Source: Myxococcota bacterium
GTDB taxonomy: Bacteria; Myxococcota_A; UBA9160; UBA6930
DNA: 64,000 nucleotides
Assembly (NCBI GenBank): GCA_965223705.1
Contig: OZ245015.1
Coordinates: 2,720,001 to 2,784,000, forward strand
Direction: 5' to 3'
Numbering within the stretch: the stretch's first letter is position 1; every line of letters starts with the position of its first letter. Below the pieces are notes generated by a model. The model did not search any database. It was given only the letters and a program-made list of their open reading frames with translations, and was not told the origin of the DNA. Positions 43,378-52,324 of this stretch are shown piece by piece. A program made the translations under genes and the position numbers.

Positions 43378-45318
43378 ATGCGCACCCTGCCGCGATGCCT
43401 TGTAGGCATCACATTTTTGTGTTCCTCCGCCGCGCTCGGCGACGAAAATCCTCCCGCGGAGGACATCCCGATCGAAATCACGGTTCCGACGATCTGGGGC
43501 CAGGACGTGAAGCCGTTCGAGGGTGTTGCCGGTCGGAACGTCGTCACCGGCGACACCCTCGACCGCTCGGTTCGACCCACCCTCGGCGAAAGTCTCGAGC
43601 GAGAAGCGGGCGTCCACGCGACGTCCTACAGCCCGGGCTCGAGTCGTCCCGTCATTCGAGGCTATGACGGACCGCGCGTCCGCGTCCTTCAAAACGGCGT
43701 CGGAACTCTCGATGCGTCGACGACCAGCCCCGACCACGCCGTGGCCGTCGAACCGCTGCTGGCGGATCGCATCGAAGTACTGCGGGGCGGAGGCGCGCTC
43801 CGCTACGGCACCTCGGCGATCGGTGGCGTCGTCAACATCCGCGACGGTCGAATTCCTTCGGATATCCCAAACGGCGGGACCTCCTTTGCCTTCCGATCCG
43901 GCTACGGAAGCAACGCCGACGAACGAAACGTCGCCGGCGGCTTGCGACTCGGCGCCGGCCATTTCGCGGTCCACGCCGAGGGGTTCCTGCGCGAGACGCA
44001 CGACCTCCACCTCTCGGGCGACGCCATCGAGAACACGGATGTCGAGGACAACCGCGGCGGTTCTATCGGAGGCTCGTTCATCTGGGAAAACGGGCACGTC
44101 GGTGCGTCGTTCAGCGGTATCGAAAGCAACTACGGGCTCGGCGGCGACGAGGACATTCGAATCGATCTCGACCAAGAGCGCTTCGACGTGGCCGGTGAGC
44201 TGCGCGGCGATTTCGGCCTGTTTCAATCCGTGAACTTCAGCGGGGCCTTCGGCGACTATGAGCACACCGAACTCGAAGGGGCCGACGTGGGCACGGTCTT
44301 CGAGAACAGAGAATTCGAGGGCCGGGTCGAGTTGCGCCATCGCCACATCGGAAATCTCGAAGGCGTGTGGGGCGTGCAGTGGAACGAGCGAGAGTTCGAA
44401 GCGATCGGCGAAGAGGCGTTCGTTCCGAAGACCGATACGCGCCAATGGGCCCTCTTCGCAGTGGAGCAATACGCCCTCGGACGCCATTTCGCCCTCGAAG
44501 CGAGCGGGCGATTCGAATACACCGACCACGACCCGGAGAGCGAAGGAAGTCAATCTTTCTCGACCCTGAGCGCGTTGGTGGGAGCGTCTTACCGCCCGCT
44601 GCCGGGCTACGTATTCGGAATCAACCTCGGCCGCACCGAGCGTACGCCTTCCGTCGAGGAGCTGTTCTCAAACGGCCCGCATCTGGCGACCAGCGGCTTC
44701 GAGATCGGCGACGCGAGCCTCGACCCCGAAGTCGGCTGGTCGATCGACGTGTCGGCCAAGAAGGACGCCGGGCGATTGCGCGGTGCGCTCAACCTGTTCT
44801 ACACGCGCTTTGACGACTTCATCTTCCAGGAACTCACAGGGGACATCGAGGACGAGCTCCCAGTGAGGCGGTACGTCCAGCGCGACGCGAACATCTACGG
44901 CGCCGAACTCGAGCTGCTCCTTGAAGCGTTCCAGACGAGGTATGTGCTGGGCCTCCTCGACTTCCACTGGGACTACGTCCGTGCGGGCGAACGCGGCGGC
45001 GGATCGTTGCCGCGCATCGCTCCGATGCGGGTGCGGATCGGTGCGGAAGCGCGCAATCCCTGGGTCGAAGGGCGCGTCGAGTTTGTCCATGTATTCGCCC
45101 AGGACCGGACCGCAGCGCTCGAAACCCGAACCACCGACTACAGCTTGATCAATGCGAGCTTGACGTTTCGGCCTGTCCCGCACCGCCACGATCTGCGAAT
45201 CATCTTGCAGGGGCGGAATCTGAGCGATCAGCGGGCGCGCAATCACATCTCGTTCTTGAAGGACGAGATTCCCCTGCCGGGGAGGGACATTCGCGTACTG
45301 GTCGCGTTCGATTACTGA
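43378..45318 (+). CDS. TonB-dependent receptor, ZnuD-like metal uptake family
   Basis: SRPVIRGYDGPRVRVLQNG, SPDHAVAVEP, RIEVLRGGGALRYGTSAIGGVVN, DYEHTELEG, EELFSNGPHLAT, aromatic C-terminus. Confidence 0.93.
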   Translation: MRTLPRCLVGITFLCSSAALGDENPPAEDIPIEITVPTIWGQDVKPFEGVAGRNVVTGDTLDRSVRPTLGESLEREAGVHATSYSPGSSRPVIRGYDGPRVRVLQNGVGTLDASTTSPDHAVAVEPLLADRIEVLRGGGALRYGTSAIGGVVNIRDGRIPSDIPNGGTSFAFRSGYGSNADERNVAGGLRLGAGHFAVHAEGFLRETHDLHLSGDAIENTDVEDNRGGSIGGSFIWENGHVGASFSGIESNYGLGGDEDIRIDLDQERFDVAGELRGDFGLFQSVNFSGAFGDYEHTELEGADVGTVFENREFEGRVELRHRHIGNLEGVWGVQWNEREFEAIGEEAFVPKTDTRQWALFAVEQYALGRHFALEASGRFEYTDHDPESEGSQSFSTLSALVGASYRPLPGYVFGINLGRTERTPSVEELFSNGPHLATSGFEIGDASLDPEVGWSIDVSAKKDAGRLRGALNLFYTRFDDFIFQELTGDIEDELPVRRYVQRDANIYGAELELLLEAFQTRYVLGLLDFHWDYVRAGERGGGSLPRIAPMRVRIGAEARNPWVEGRVEFVHVFAQDRTAALETRTTDYSLINASLTFRPVPHRHDLRIILQGRNLSDQRARNHISFLKDEIPLPGRDIRVLVAFDY

Positions 45319-45327
45319 GGCGGCGCG

Positions 45328-45510
45328 CTACCAGTCGCCCGATTCGGGCGGTTGGTAGTCCGCGACCTCATCGTGTGCTTCCTCGGTCAGCCAGGAGGCC
45401 GCGAAGCGCTTGAGGACCTGATAGGCGAGCCACAGGCGCTCGTCTACATCGGGCTCGAGAAGCGCTTCCGCCGCGGCGGTCGCTTCCTCCGACAGTGCGA
45501 GCTTACCCAT
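45328..45510 (-). CDS. Small acidic hypothetical protein (60 aa)
   Basis: Protein-like composition; follows the 77-aa ORF after 15 bp; converges on the TBDT stop. Confidence 0.45.
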   Translation of the reverse strand: MGKLALSEEATAAAEALLEPDVDERLWLAYQVLKRFAASWLTEEAHDEVADYQPPESGDW

Positions 45511-45525
45511 GGAGCGCGAGGGGCC

Positions 45526-45759
45526 TTACGACGCCTCGCCGATCCGATCGCAAACGTCCTGACCGCTCTTCGAGAGCCAGGACGCCTTGTGACGTCCGAT
45601 CAGAGACAGGGCCGCCAGCAGACCTTGATGGCCTAGGCCTTCGAGGATGCTCACGAAATGATCTTGGGCCGCGCGCAGCATGTGCTGAGCTTCGTCGATC
45701 TTGCGATGGGCTTCGCTCAGGAGTTGCTGGTCTTCTTGAATCTTCTCTTGGGTCGCCAT
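45526..45759 (-). CDS. Small helical hypothetical protein (77 aa)
   Basis: ATG 45759 MATQEKIQEDQQLLSEAHRKIDEAQHML..., coiled-coil-like. Confidence 0.5.
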   Translation of the reverse strand: MATQEKIQEDQQLLSEAHRKIDEAQHMLRAAQDHFVSILEGLGHQGLLAALSLIGRHKASWLSKSGQDVCDRIGEAS

Positions 45760-45871
45760 GACTGTCTCGTCGGCCGACTCGCACCCAAACTTTTGCACGG
45801 AGTTCAGCGCTCGACGAACCGGCAGACTTTTATCGGGGAGCGGCAATTTTCGGCCTGGGCGGGACACGCCG

Positions 45872-45970
45872 GCCTGCATCGCGGGCCCTCCGCCAGCGCG
45901 GTTCGGGTTTGCGGGTCCGGAGCCGCGCAGCTCAGGGGGTTGAGCGCCCGGGAGCCTCCGCGATGCAGGC
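45872..45970. ncRNA. Candidate structured RNA / inverted-repeat element
   Basis: Perfect 13-bp inverted repeat gcctgcatcgcgg (45872-45884) / ccgcgatgcaggc (45958-45970) enclosing two further hairpins. Confidence 0.4.
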
Positions 45971-46056
45971 GCAGCCTGTTGCGCGGGAGTGAGCCAAACA
46001 TCGACCGGGAGGGTCAATCCTTGCCGCCCGGAACGGGAGTTCCCAATCCATCCACA

Positions 46057-46734
46057 TCAGCCGAACCCGTCGAGAGCTCCCGGAACCGCGTGGGAAGAGA
46101 AGAAGACCCAAAGCGTCTCTTTGAAAATCTCCTCCTCGGAGAGGCCTTCCTGCTGGCACCAGCGCAACCGGAAGGGATGCACCAGCGCGAAGAACGTGCG
46201 CACGATGGCGCGGGTGGAAGGCTCGGGCTTGCAATGCCCTTGTTCCTTGCAACGGTTCACGATCCAGCCGGTGAAGCGGAGCACGTCCTCGTTCCGAACG
46301 GCGTCCTGCAGGTACTCGGGAACGTCCTCCGGGAAGCAAACCTGGACGGCGAGCCGACCGTAGCGGCGGACCTGTGCGAAGCCTCGCTCCGCCCACCGCA
46401 CCATCATCTCCCGACCGTCTTCGAGCTTCTGGATCTTCTGGGCGTCTTCGTACACTTCGAGCGCCATCTGCTCGACGACTTCCCGGACGAGGGCGTCGCG
46501 CCCCGGATAGTGCCGGTAGAACGTCGAATTGCCGATGCCAGCAGCTTCGGTGAAGTCCCGTAGATCTGCGTCCCAGCCTTTGTCGGCGAGCACGTCGATC
46601 GCGCAGTCGCGGATGCGTAGTCGGGTCAGCTCCGCCCGGGTGGACCCCGGGTTCGTCTTGCGCAACGCGGCGTTTTCGCGCTCGAGTTCTTCGATCCGCT
46701 GCTCGAGTTCCCGTCGGTTGGGGCGGGTCACCAT
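46057..46734 (-). CDS. TetR/AcrR-family regulator with N-terminal coiled coil
   Basis: TRLRIRDCAIDVLADKGW...EAAGIGNSTFYRHYPGRDALV HTH. Confidence 0.88.
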   Translation of the reverse strand: MVTRPNRRELEQRIEELERENAALRKTNPGSTRAELTRLRIRDCAIDVLADKGWDADLRDFTEAAGIGNSTFYRHYPGRDALVREVVEQMALEVYEDAQKIQKLEDGREMMVRWAERGFAQVRRYGRLAVQVCFPEDVPEYLQDAVRNEDVLRFTGWIVNRCKEQGHCKPEPSTRAIVRTFFALVHPFRLRWCQQEGLSEEEIFKETLWVFFSSHAVPGALDGFG

Positions 46735-46806
46735 GTATTGTTGCCTCAGTCCGGGTTCCACCCGCCGATTCTGCGCGACGGGCCGCCGGAATGGAAGCCC
46801 GTCGGG

Positions 46807-47973
46807 TCAGTAGGATTTCGGGAGGCCCAGGACCCGCTCGGCCAGGTAACAAAGAATGAGCTGCGGGCTGACCGGCGCCAAGCGGTGGATCAACACTTCG
46901 CGGAGATAGCGCTCCACGTGATGCTCCTTGGCGTAGCCCATCCCCCCATGGGTCATCACGGCATTGGTGCACGTTTCAAACGCCGCTTCTGCGGCGAGGT
47001 ATTTCGCGGCGTTCGCTTCGGCGCCGCACTCCTCGCCGAGGTCGTAAAGCCCCGCCGCCTTCATCACCATCAAGTTCGCCGCTTCGAGCGCTGCCCAGTT
47101 CGCGGCCAACGGATGCTGAATGCTTTGGTTTTGCCCGATCGGGCGATCGAACACGACCCGCTCGCGGGCGTAGTTTGTCGCCCTCTTGAGGGCGACCCTC
47201 CCGAGCCCGACGAGGCCGGCCGCGATCAAGATGCGCTCGGCGTTGAGCCCGGACAAGAGGTAGCGAAAACCGCGGCCCTCCTCGCCGATGCGGTGTTCGA
47301 CGGGGATCGGCAACCCCTCGATAAACAGCTCATTGGAGTCGACTGCGTTCCGACCCATCTTCTCGATCTTCCGCACGTCGACGTACTCGCGATCGAGATC
47401 GGTATAGAAGAGCGACAGGCCGTCGATCGGTCGCTCCGTTTCTTCGATGGGTGTGGTCCGCGCGATCAGGAGAATCTTGTTCGCGACCTGGGCCGTCGAG
47501 ATCCAGACCTTCTCTCCGTGGACGATGTAGTGGTCGCCGTCGCGAACGGCGCGCGTTTTCAGGCGCGTCGTGTCGTGGCCCGTGTTCGCTTCCGTGACGC
47601 CGAAGCACGCGATGTCGTCTCGGCGGATGATGCGCGGCAGCCACGCTTTCTTTTGTTCTTCGCTCCCGTGATGGACGATCGGCGATACGCCGAAGATGCC
47701 GATGGCGACGGCGGAGACGCCACTGTTCGCCGCGCCCGATTCCGAAATCGCTTGAACCACCAGCGCCGCTTCCGTCGTACCGAGGCCGCTGCCGCCGTAA
47801 GCCTCGGGGATCGCGGTTCCAATCCAACCGCCGTCGGCGAGGGCACGGCAGAGCTCTTCTGGGAAACGCCCATCGGCATCGCGATCGAGCCAGTACTGAT
47901 CATCGAAGCGAGAGCACAATTGGAGCACGCTCTCCCGAATCTGCTGGTGTTCTTCGCTGAGCCAGAGGTTCAC
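46807..47973 (-). CDS. Acyl-CoA dehydrogenase
   Basis: GTG 47973 NLWLSEEHQQIRE; IPEAYGGSG; FGVTEANTGHD; YARERVVFDRPIGQNQ; THGGMGYAKE. Confidence 0.95.
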   Translation of the reverse strand: MNLWLSEEHQQIRESVLQLCSRFDDQYWLDRDADGRFPEELCRALADGGWIGTAIPEAYGGSGLGTTEAALVVQAISESGAANSGVSAVAIGIFGVSPIVHHGSEEQKKAWLPRIIRRDDIACFGVTEANTGHDTTRLKTRAVRDGDHYIVHGEKVWISTAQVANKILLIARTTPIEETERPIDGLSLFYTDLDREYVDVRKIEKMGRNAVDSNELFIEGLPIPVEHRIGEEGRGFRYLLSGLNAERILIAAGLVGLGRVALKRATNYARERVVFDRPIGQNQSIQHPLAANWAALEAANLMVMKAAGLYDLGEECGAEANAAKYLAAEAAFETCTNAVMTHGGMGYAKEHHVERYLREVLIHRLAPVSPQLILCYLAERVLGLPKSY

Positions 47974-48117
47974 GGGCGCTCCTTCCCTCGATGAAGCCTC
48001 GCGCGATCGCGGCGAGGGCAACCGTGAGAATCTTGGGTTCTCGCTTCGAATACAAGGCCTCTTGTGGTCCAATTGCCCAATGTCAGCCGGCGACGCGTTG
48101 TTTTTCGAGCCGATCCG

Positions 48118-49173
48118 TTGAGCTTTCAGGTCACCGTCGAGCCGCTGGGCGAGATCCTCGAGGTCGAAGAAGGCCAGACCATCCTCGACGCCGCCTTGCG
48201 GGCGGGCGTCGCCCTCCCCTACGCGTGCAACCACGGCCTCTGCGGCACATGCAAGGTCGACGTCCTCGAAGGCGAGGTCGAGCACGGCGAGGCTTCGGCT
48301 TTCGCGTTGATGGACGTCGAGCGCGACGAGGGGAAGTGCCTCACCTGTTGCGCCCGGCCCCGAAGCGACCTCGTGATCGAGGCCGATGTCGAAGAGGAGC
48401 CCGACGCGCAACGGCATCCGGTGGCGGACCACCGGGCAACCGTCGTCGAGATCAGCGATCTGACCCCGACCGTGAAACGCGTACGGCTCGAAACGGAACG
48501 CCCCTTGGCGTTCCAGGCGGGGCAGTACATCAACCTGAGGGTGCCGGGGGACGAGGTACCGCGCGCCTTCTCCCTGGCCAACGCCCCGGGCGAGGCGCAG
48601 CTCGAGCTGCAAGTGAGGCTGGTTCCCGGCGGCAAGGGCACGACCTGGATTCACGAAGAGCTCGCCGCCGATACCTCGGTCTCCTTCACGGGCCCCTTGG
48701 GCCGATTCTTCGTGCGCCGAAGCCTCCCCGGAAAGCGACTGTTTCTCGCCGGTGGGTCTGGGTTGTCGAGCCCGAAGTCGATGATTCTGGCGCTCCTGGC
48801 CGCGGGGGAGTCCGCGCCGATCGAGTTGATCCACGGGGTGAGAACGAGGGAGGAACTCTACGACGACGAGCTGTTCCACGACCTCGCCGCGGACCATGAG
48901 CACTTTACCTACACCCCCGCGATCTCCGACACGGCAGGCGACGGCTTCGCGGGTGCGCGGGGGATGGTCCACGAGGTCGCGGACGAGCGCTTCGGTGGTC
49001 GCTTTGAGGACATGGTGGCGTACCTCTGCGGTCCCCCGCCGATGATCGATGCCTGCTTGACGACCCTGATGCGGGGGCGGTTGTTCGAGGAAAGAATCTT
49101 CACCGAGTCTTTTTTCACCGCCGCCGACGCCGAGCGTCCGCCTAAGCGGAGTGCGCTCTTCAAGAAGTTCTGA
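48118..49173 (+). CDS. dmpP: Phenol hydroxylase reductase (P5; 2Fe-2S/FAD/NADH)
   Basis: LPYACNHGLCGTCK...CC, FQAGQYINL, RAFSLAN, AGGSGLSSPKSMI, YLCGPPPMIDAC, C-terminal RSALFKKF; probable TTG start. Confidence 0.92.
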   Translation: MSFQVTVEPLGEILEVEEGQTILDAALRAGVALPYACNHGLCGTCKVDVLEGEVEHGEASAFALMDVERDEGKCLTCCARPRSDLVIEADVEEEPDAQRHPVADHRATVVEISDLTPTVKRVRLETERPLAFQAGQYINLRVPGDEVPRAFSLANAPGEAQLELQVRLVPGGKGTTWIHEELAADTSVSFTGPLGRFFVRRSLPGKRLFLAGGSGLSSPKSMILALLAAGESAPIELIHGVRTREELYDDELFHDLAADHEHFTYTPAISDTAGDGFAGARGMVHEVADERFGGRFEDMVAYLCGPPPMIDACLTTLMRGRLFEERIFTESFFTAADAERPPKRSALFKKF

Positions 49174-49179
49174 CCGATA

Positions 49180-49195
49180 TTGATCATTTGAGCAC
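49180..49195. promoter_or_regulatory. XylR/DmpR-type upstream activating sequence
   Basis: TTGATCATTTGAGCAC, 13/16 match to the TTGATCAATTGATCAA dyad. Confidence 0.6.
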
Positions 49196-49231
49196 ATGAA
49201 ACCGACGAAACAACTGGAGCGTCGCCCGCGG

Positions 49232-49248
49232 TCGGAACGCAGCTTGCA
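49232..49248 (+). promoter_or_regulatory. Sigma-54 (-24/-12) promoter for dmpKLMNO-catA
   Basis: TCGGAACGCAGCTTGCA: GG (49234-35)-N10-GC (49246-47) with TTGCA. Confidence 0.7.
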
Positions 49249-49285
49249 CAGCAGATGCTGGGTCGACCTACTCTTCGGGAGAGCG

Positions 49286-49525
49286 ATGGGGCAAACTTCG
49301 GGGGTGCCGGCTGTGTCCCAGCGGGGAAGACATTCAGAACCGACCGAACGCCGCTACGTCCGGGTGACCGGAGAGCGCCGGGGCTTCGTCGAGTTCGAAT
49401 TTTCGGTGGGAGACCCCAGCGTGGCGCTCGAGATGATCCTTCCCGCCGAAGCCTTCCGGGAGTTCTGTCGGGAAAACCGGGTGCGGTTCCTACGGGAGAG
49501 ACGAGACGATGTCGATCGAGATTAA
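49286..49525 (+). CDS. dmpK: Phenol hydroxylase assembly subunit (P0)
   Basis: RYVRVTGERRGFVEFEFSVGDPSVALEMILPAEAFREFC; ATG 49286 with GGGAGAG RBS downstream of the promoter. Confidence 0.88.
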   Translation: MGQTSGVPAVSQRGRHSEPTERRYVRVTGERRGFVEFEFSVGDPSVALEMILPAEAFREFCRENRVRFLRERRDDVDRD

Positions 49526-50510
49526 GACGGCGACCACGGAGCCGCTCCGCACGACCTTTGATCATTTACGGGATCGGCTCGGCGAGGGGAAGACCCCGAG
49601 CCGCTATCAGGAAGCCGTCTTCGACCTTCAGGCGACGCTCAACTTCCACTACCGCCCGACTTGGGCGCCGGATTCGGCGCTGTACGATCCGGGGCTCACC
49701 GCGATCCGGATGGATGATTGGGATCAGCTCACCGACCCGCGCCAGTACTACTACGCGACCTACGTGATGGCCCGGGGGCGTCAACAGGACTCGCAAGACA
49801 AGAACTTCAGCCTCGTCGAGGACAAGAAACTCTTGGCGGGGCTCGACGCCGACGGGCGAGAGCGCTTGACGGAACTCACCGTCCCCCTCCGACACGCCGA
49901 ATGGGGCGCCAACCAGGTGAACGTCTACATCGCAGGCTACGGCTCGGGCGCGGCGATGACATCGGCCGCCACCTTCCAGGCCTTCGATCGTTTGGGGAAC
50001 GCGCAGTACCTTTCTCGCCTGGGGCTTCTGCTGGGAGACGGAGCCCCCGACGCGCTCGGTGCCGCCAAGAGCGCTTGGCTTGCGGCCCCCCACTGGCAAC
50101 CCTTGCGTCGGCTCCTCGAGGATCTCCTCGTCGAGAAAGACTGGTTCGAGGCCCACCTCGTGCAGAACTTCCTGCTCGACGGCTTGCTGCACCCCACGAT
50201 CTTCGAAGACTTTTCGGATGCCCTGGCACCCCGGGGCGGCCTCGCCTTTCCGCTGCTCACCGAATTCACCGTGGCTTGGTTCTCCGAGTCGGTGCGTTGG
50301 ACGGACGCCGTCCTGAAGCGAGCGGCGGCGGAGAGCGAGGACAACGCTCGGCAGTTCACCAGCTGGGCTGCGAACTGGACCCCTCGGATACGCGAGGCGG
50401 TAGCCCCGTTGGCGGAGCTGGCGCTGGGAGAAGCCGGCGAGGCCTGCCTCGAGGAGAACTTGGGCGCCCTGAAGAAGCGGGCCGAGAAATGTGGGATCGA
50501 GGTTTCGTGA
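49509..50510 (+). CDS. dmpL: Phenol hydroxylase beta subunit (P1)
   Basis: MSIEIKT...SRYQEA...NFHYRPTWAP...DPRQYYYATYV. Confidence 0.93.
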   Translation: MSIEIKTATTEPLRTTFDHLRDRLGEGKTPSRYQEAVFDLQATLNFHYRPTWAPDSALYDPGLTAIRMDDWDQLTDPRQYYYATYVMARGRQQDSQDKNFSLVEDKKLLAGLDADGRERLTELTVPLRHAEWGANQVNVYIAGYGSGAAMTSAATFQAFDRLGNAQYLSRLGLLLGDGAPDALGAAKSAWLAAPHWQPLRRLLEDLLVEKDWFEAHLVQNFLLDGLLHPTIFEDFSDALAPRGGLAFPLLTEFTVAWFSESVRWTDAVLKRAAAESEDNARQFTSWAANWTPRIREAVAPLAELALGEAGEACLEENLGALKKRAEKCGIEVS

Positions 50511-50785
50511 TGGCGGACAAGGTCTTCATTGCGCTTCAGAACACCGACGACGCGAGGCCGTTGGTCGAGGCGATCCTCGAGGACAACCCGAGTGCCGAAC
50601 TCAGCGAGCTTCCGGCGATGCTGAAGATCGACGCCCCGGGCCGCCTCGTCGTGCGACGGGACACCGTCAGCGAGAAGAGCGGACGCGATTTCGACCTGCA
50701 GGAGATTCACCTGAATTTGATCTCGCTCTCGGGAAACATCGATGAGAGCGACGACGAGTTCGTATTGGCCTGGCACACGGAGTAA
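50510..50785 (+). CDS. dmpM: Phenol hydroxylase activator (P2, MmoB/DmpM)
   Basis: MADKVFIALQNTDDARPLVEAILEDNP...NLISLSGNIDESDDEFVLAW. Confidence 0.93.
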   Translation: MADKVFIALQNTDDARPLVEAILEDNPSAELSELPAMLKIDAPGRLVVRRDTVSEKSGRDFDLQEIHLNLISLSGNIDESDDEFVLAWHTE

Positions 50786-50787
50786 CG

Positions 50788-52314
50788 ATGGCAACCAAGC
50801 GGCTTCCCCTTCGCGAGAAATATCAGCACCTGACCCGCGGGCTCGACTGGGAGACGACCTACCGCTCGATGGACGAGGTCTTCCCGTACGACACCTACGA
50901 GGGGATCAAGATCAAAGATTGGGATCGCTGGGAGGACCCCTTCCGTCTGACGGTGGACGCCTACTGGAAGTACCAGGCCGAGAAGGAACGCAAGCTCTAC
51001 GCCATCCTCGACGCTTTCTCACAGAACAACGGCCACCTGAACCTTTCGGACGCCCGCTACCTCTCCGCGGTGAAGCTGTGGATCCAGGGGATCACCCCCC
51101 TCGAGTACGGCGCGCATCGAGGCTTCGCCCGCATGGGGCGCGCGTTCCGCGGCGCCGGAGCGCGCGTCGCGTGTCAGATGCAGTCGATCGACGAGCTGCG
51201 CCACGCCCAAACCCAGCTCCACGCCTTCAGCCACTACAACAAGTACTTCAACGGCATGCACCAATGGGTGCACATGCGCGACCGCGCCTGGTACCTCTCG
51301 ATTCCGAAGTCTTTCTTCGAAGACGCGATGACGGCGGGACCCTTCGAGTTCGTCACCTCGATCTCGTTCGCCTTCGAGTACGTCCTGACGAACCTCCTCT
51401 TCATGCCCTTTGTGTCCGGCGCCGCCCACAACGGTGACATGGCCACCACGACCTTCGGGTTCTCGGCGCAGTCCGACGAATCCCGCCACATGACCCTCGG
51501 CCTCGAGGTCGTGAAGTTCATGCTCGAGCAGCACGAAGACAACGTGCCCATCGTCCAGGGCTACCTCGACAAGTGGTTCTGGCGCGGGTACCGCCTCCTG
51601 GTCCTCGTGGGGACCATGATGGACTACATGCTGCCGAAGAAAGTGATGTCCTGGCAGGAGGCCTGGGAGATCTACTGGGAGGAGAACGGAATCGCCCTCT
51701 TCCACGACTTGGGCCGCTACGGGATCGAGCTTCCGAAGCACCATGAGGTTGCGACGAAGGAAAAAGGCCGCGTGACCCATGAAGCGTGGGCGACGCTCTA
51801 TTCCTTCCGCAACGCCACGGGCTTCCACAGCTGGATTCCGGAGACCCATGAGCTCGACTGGATGTCCGAGAAGTACGGGAGCCTCTTCGACGAGCTCTAC
51901 CGACCGCGGCTCGAGCACTGGCGCGGGCTCGAAGAAGCTGGCACTCCCTTCTTTGGTAACGTGCTGCCCCTGGTCTGCCAGACTTGTCAGATCCCCGATT
52001 TCTTTACCGAGCCCGACGACCCGCGCAAGCCGTGCGTGCGCGAAACGCAGTACCGCGGCATGCACTTCACGTTCTGCTCCGACGGCTGCAAAGACATCTT
52101 CGAGAACGAGCCTGAGAAATACGTCCAGGCCTACATTCCGCCCCAACAGATCTACCAGGGCAACTGCGGCGGGGCGAAGGACATCGCCGAATACGCGAAG
52201 TGGCTGGCGCTCGAGATGGGTGTCGACACCGGCGGATTCGAGGGCTCGCCGGATGCCGAAAACTGGAAGCGCTGGCGCGGCGGCGAAGCTTCTGGCGAAG
52301 GCGCGGCGGCGTAG
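50788..52314 (+). CDS. dmpN: Phenol hydroxylase alpha subunit (P3, di-iron, YHS)
   Basis: WEDPFRLT, QSIDELRH, QSDESRH, CQTCQIP, FCSDGCKDIF. Confidence 0.96.
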   Translation: MATKRLPLREKYQHLTRGLDWETTYRSMDEVFPYDTYEGIKIKDWDRWEDPFRLTVDAYWKYQAEKERKLYAILDAFSQNNGHLNLSDARYLSAVKLWIQGITPLEYGAHRGFARMGRAFRGAGARVACQMQSIDELRHAQTQLHAFSHYNKYFNGMHQWVHMRDRAWYLSIPKSFFEDAMTAGPFEFVTSISFAFEYVLTNLLFMPFVSGAAHNGDMATTTFGFSAQSDESRHMTLGLEVVKFMLEQHEDNVPIVQGYLDKWFWRGYRLLVLVGTMMDYMLPKKVMSWQEAWEIYWEENGIALFHDLGRYGIELPKHHEVATKEKGRVTHEAWATLYSFRNATGFHSWIPETHELDWMSEKYGSLFDELYRPRLEHWRGLEEAGTPFFGNVLPLVCQTCQIPDFFTEPDDPRKPCVRETQYRGMHFTFCSDGCKDIFENEPEKYVQAYIPPQQIYQGNCGGAKDIAEYAKWLALEMGVDTGGFEGSPDAENWKRWRGGEASGEGAAA

Positions 52315-52324
52315 GCGCGGAGCG

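Noticed and set aside
48065..48080. Second XylR/DmpR-like UAS upstream of dmpP (TGGTCCAATTGCCCAA)
   Set aside because: Only 11/16 match and no GG-N10-GC promoter found downstream of it.
46807..49197. 796-aa ORF suggesting a large acyl-CoA dehydrogenase fusion
   Set aside because: The N-terminal half is antisense to dmpP; the real ACAD begins near GTG 47973.
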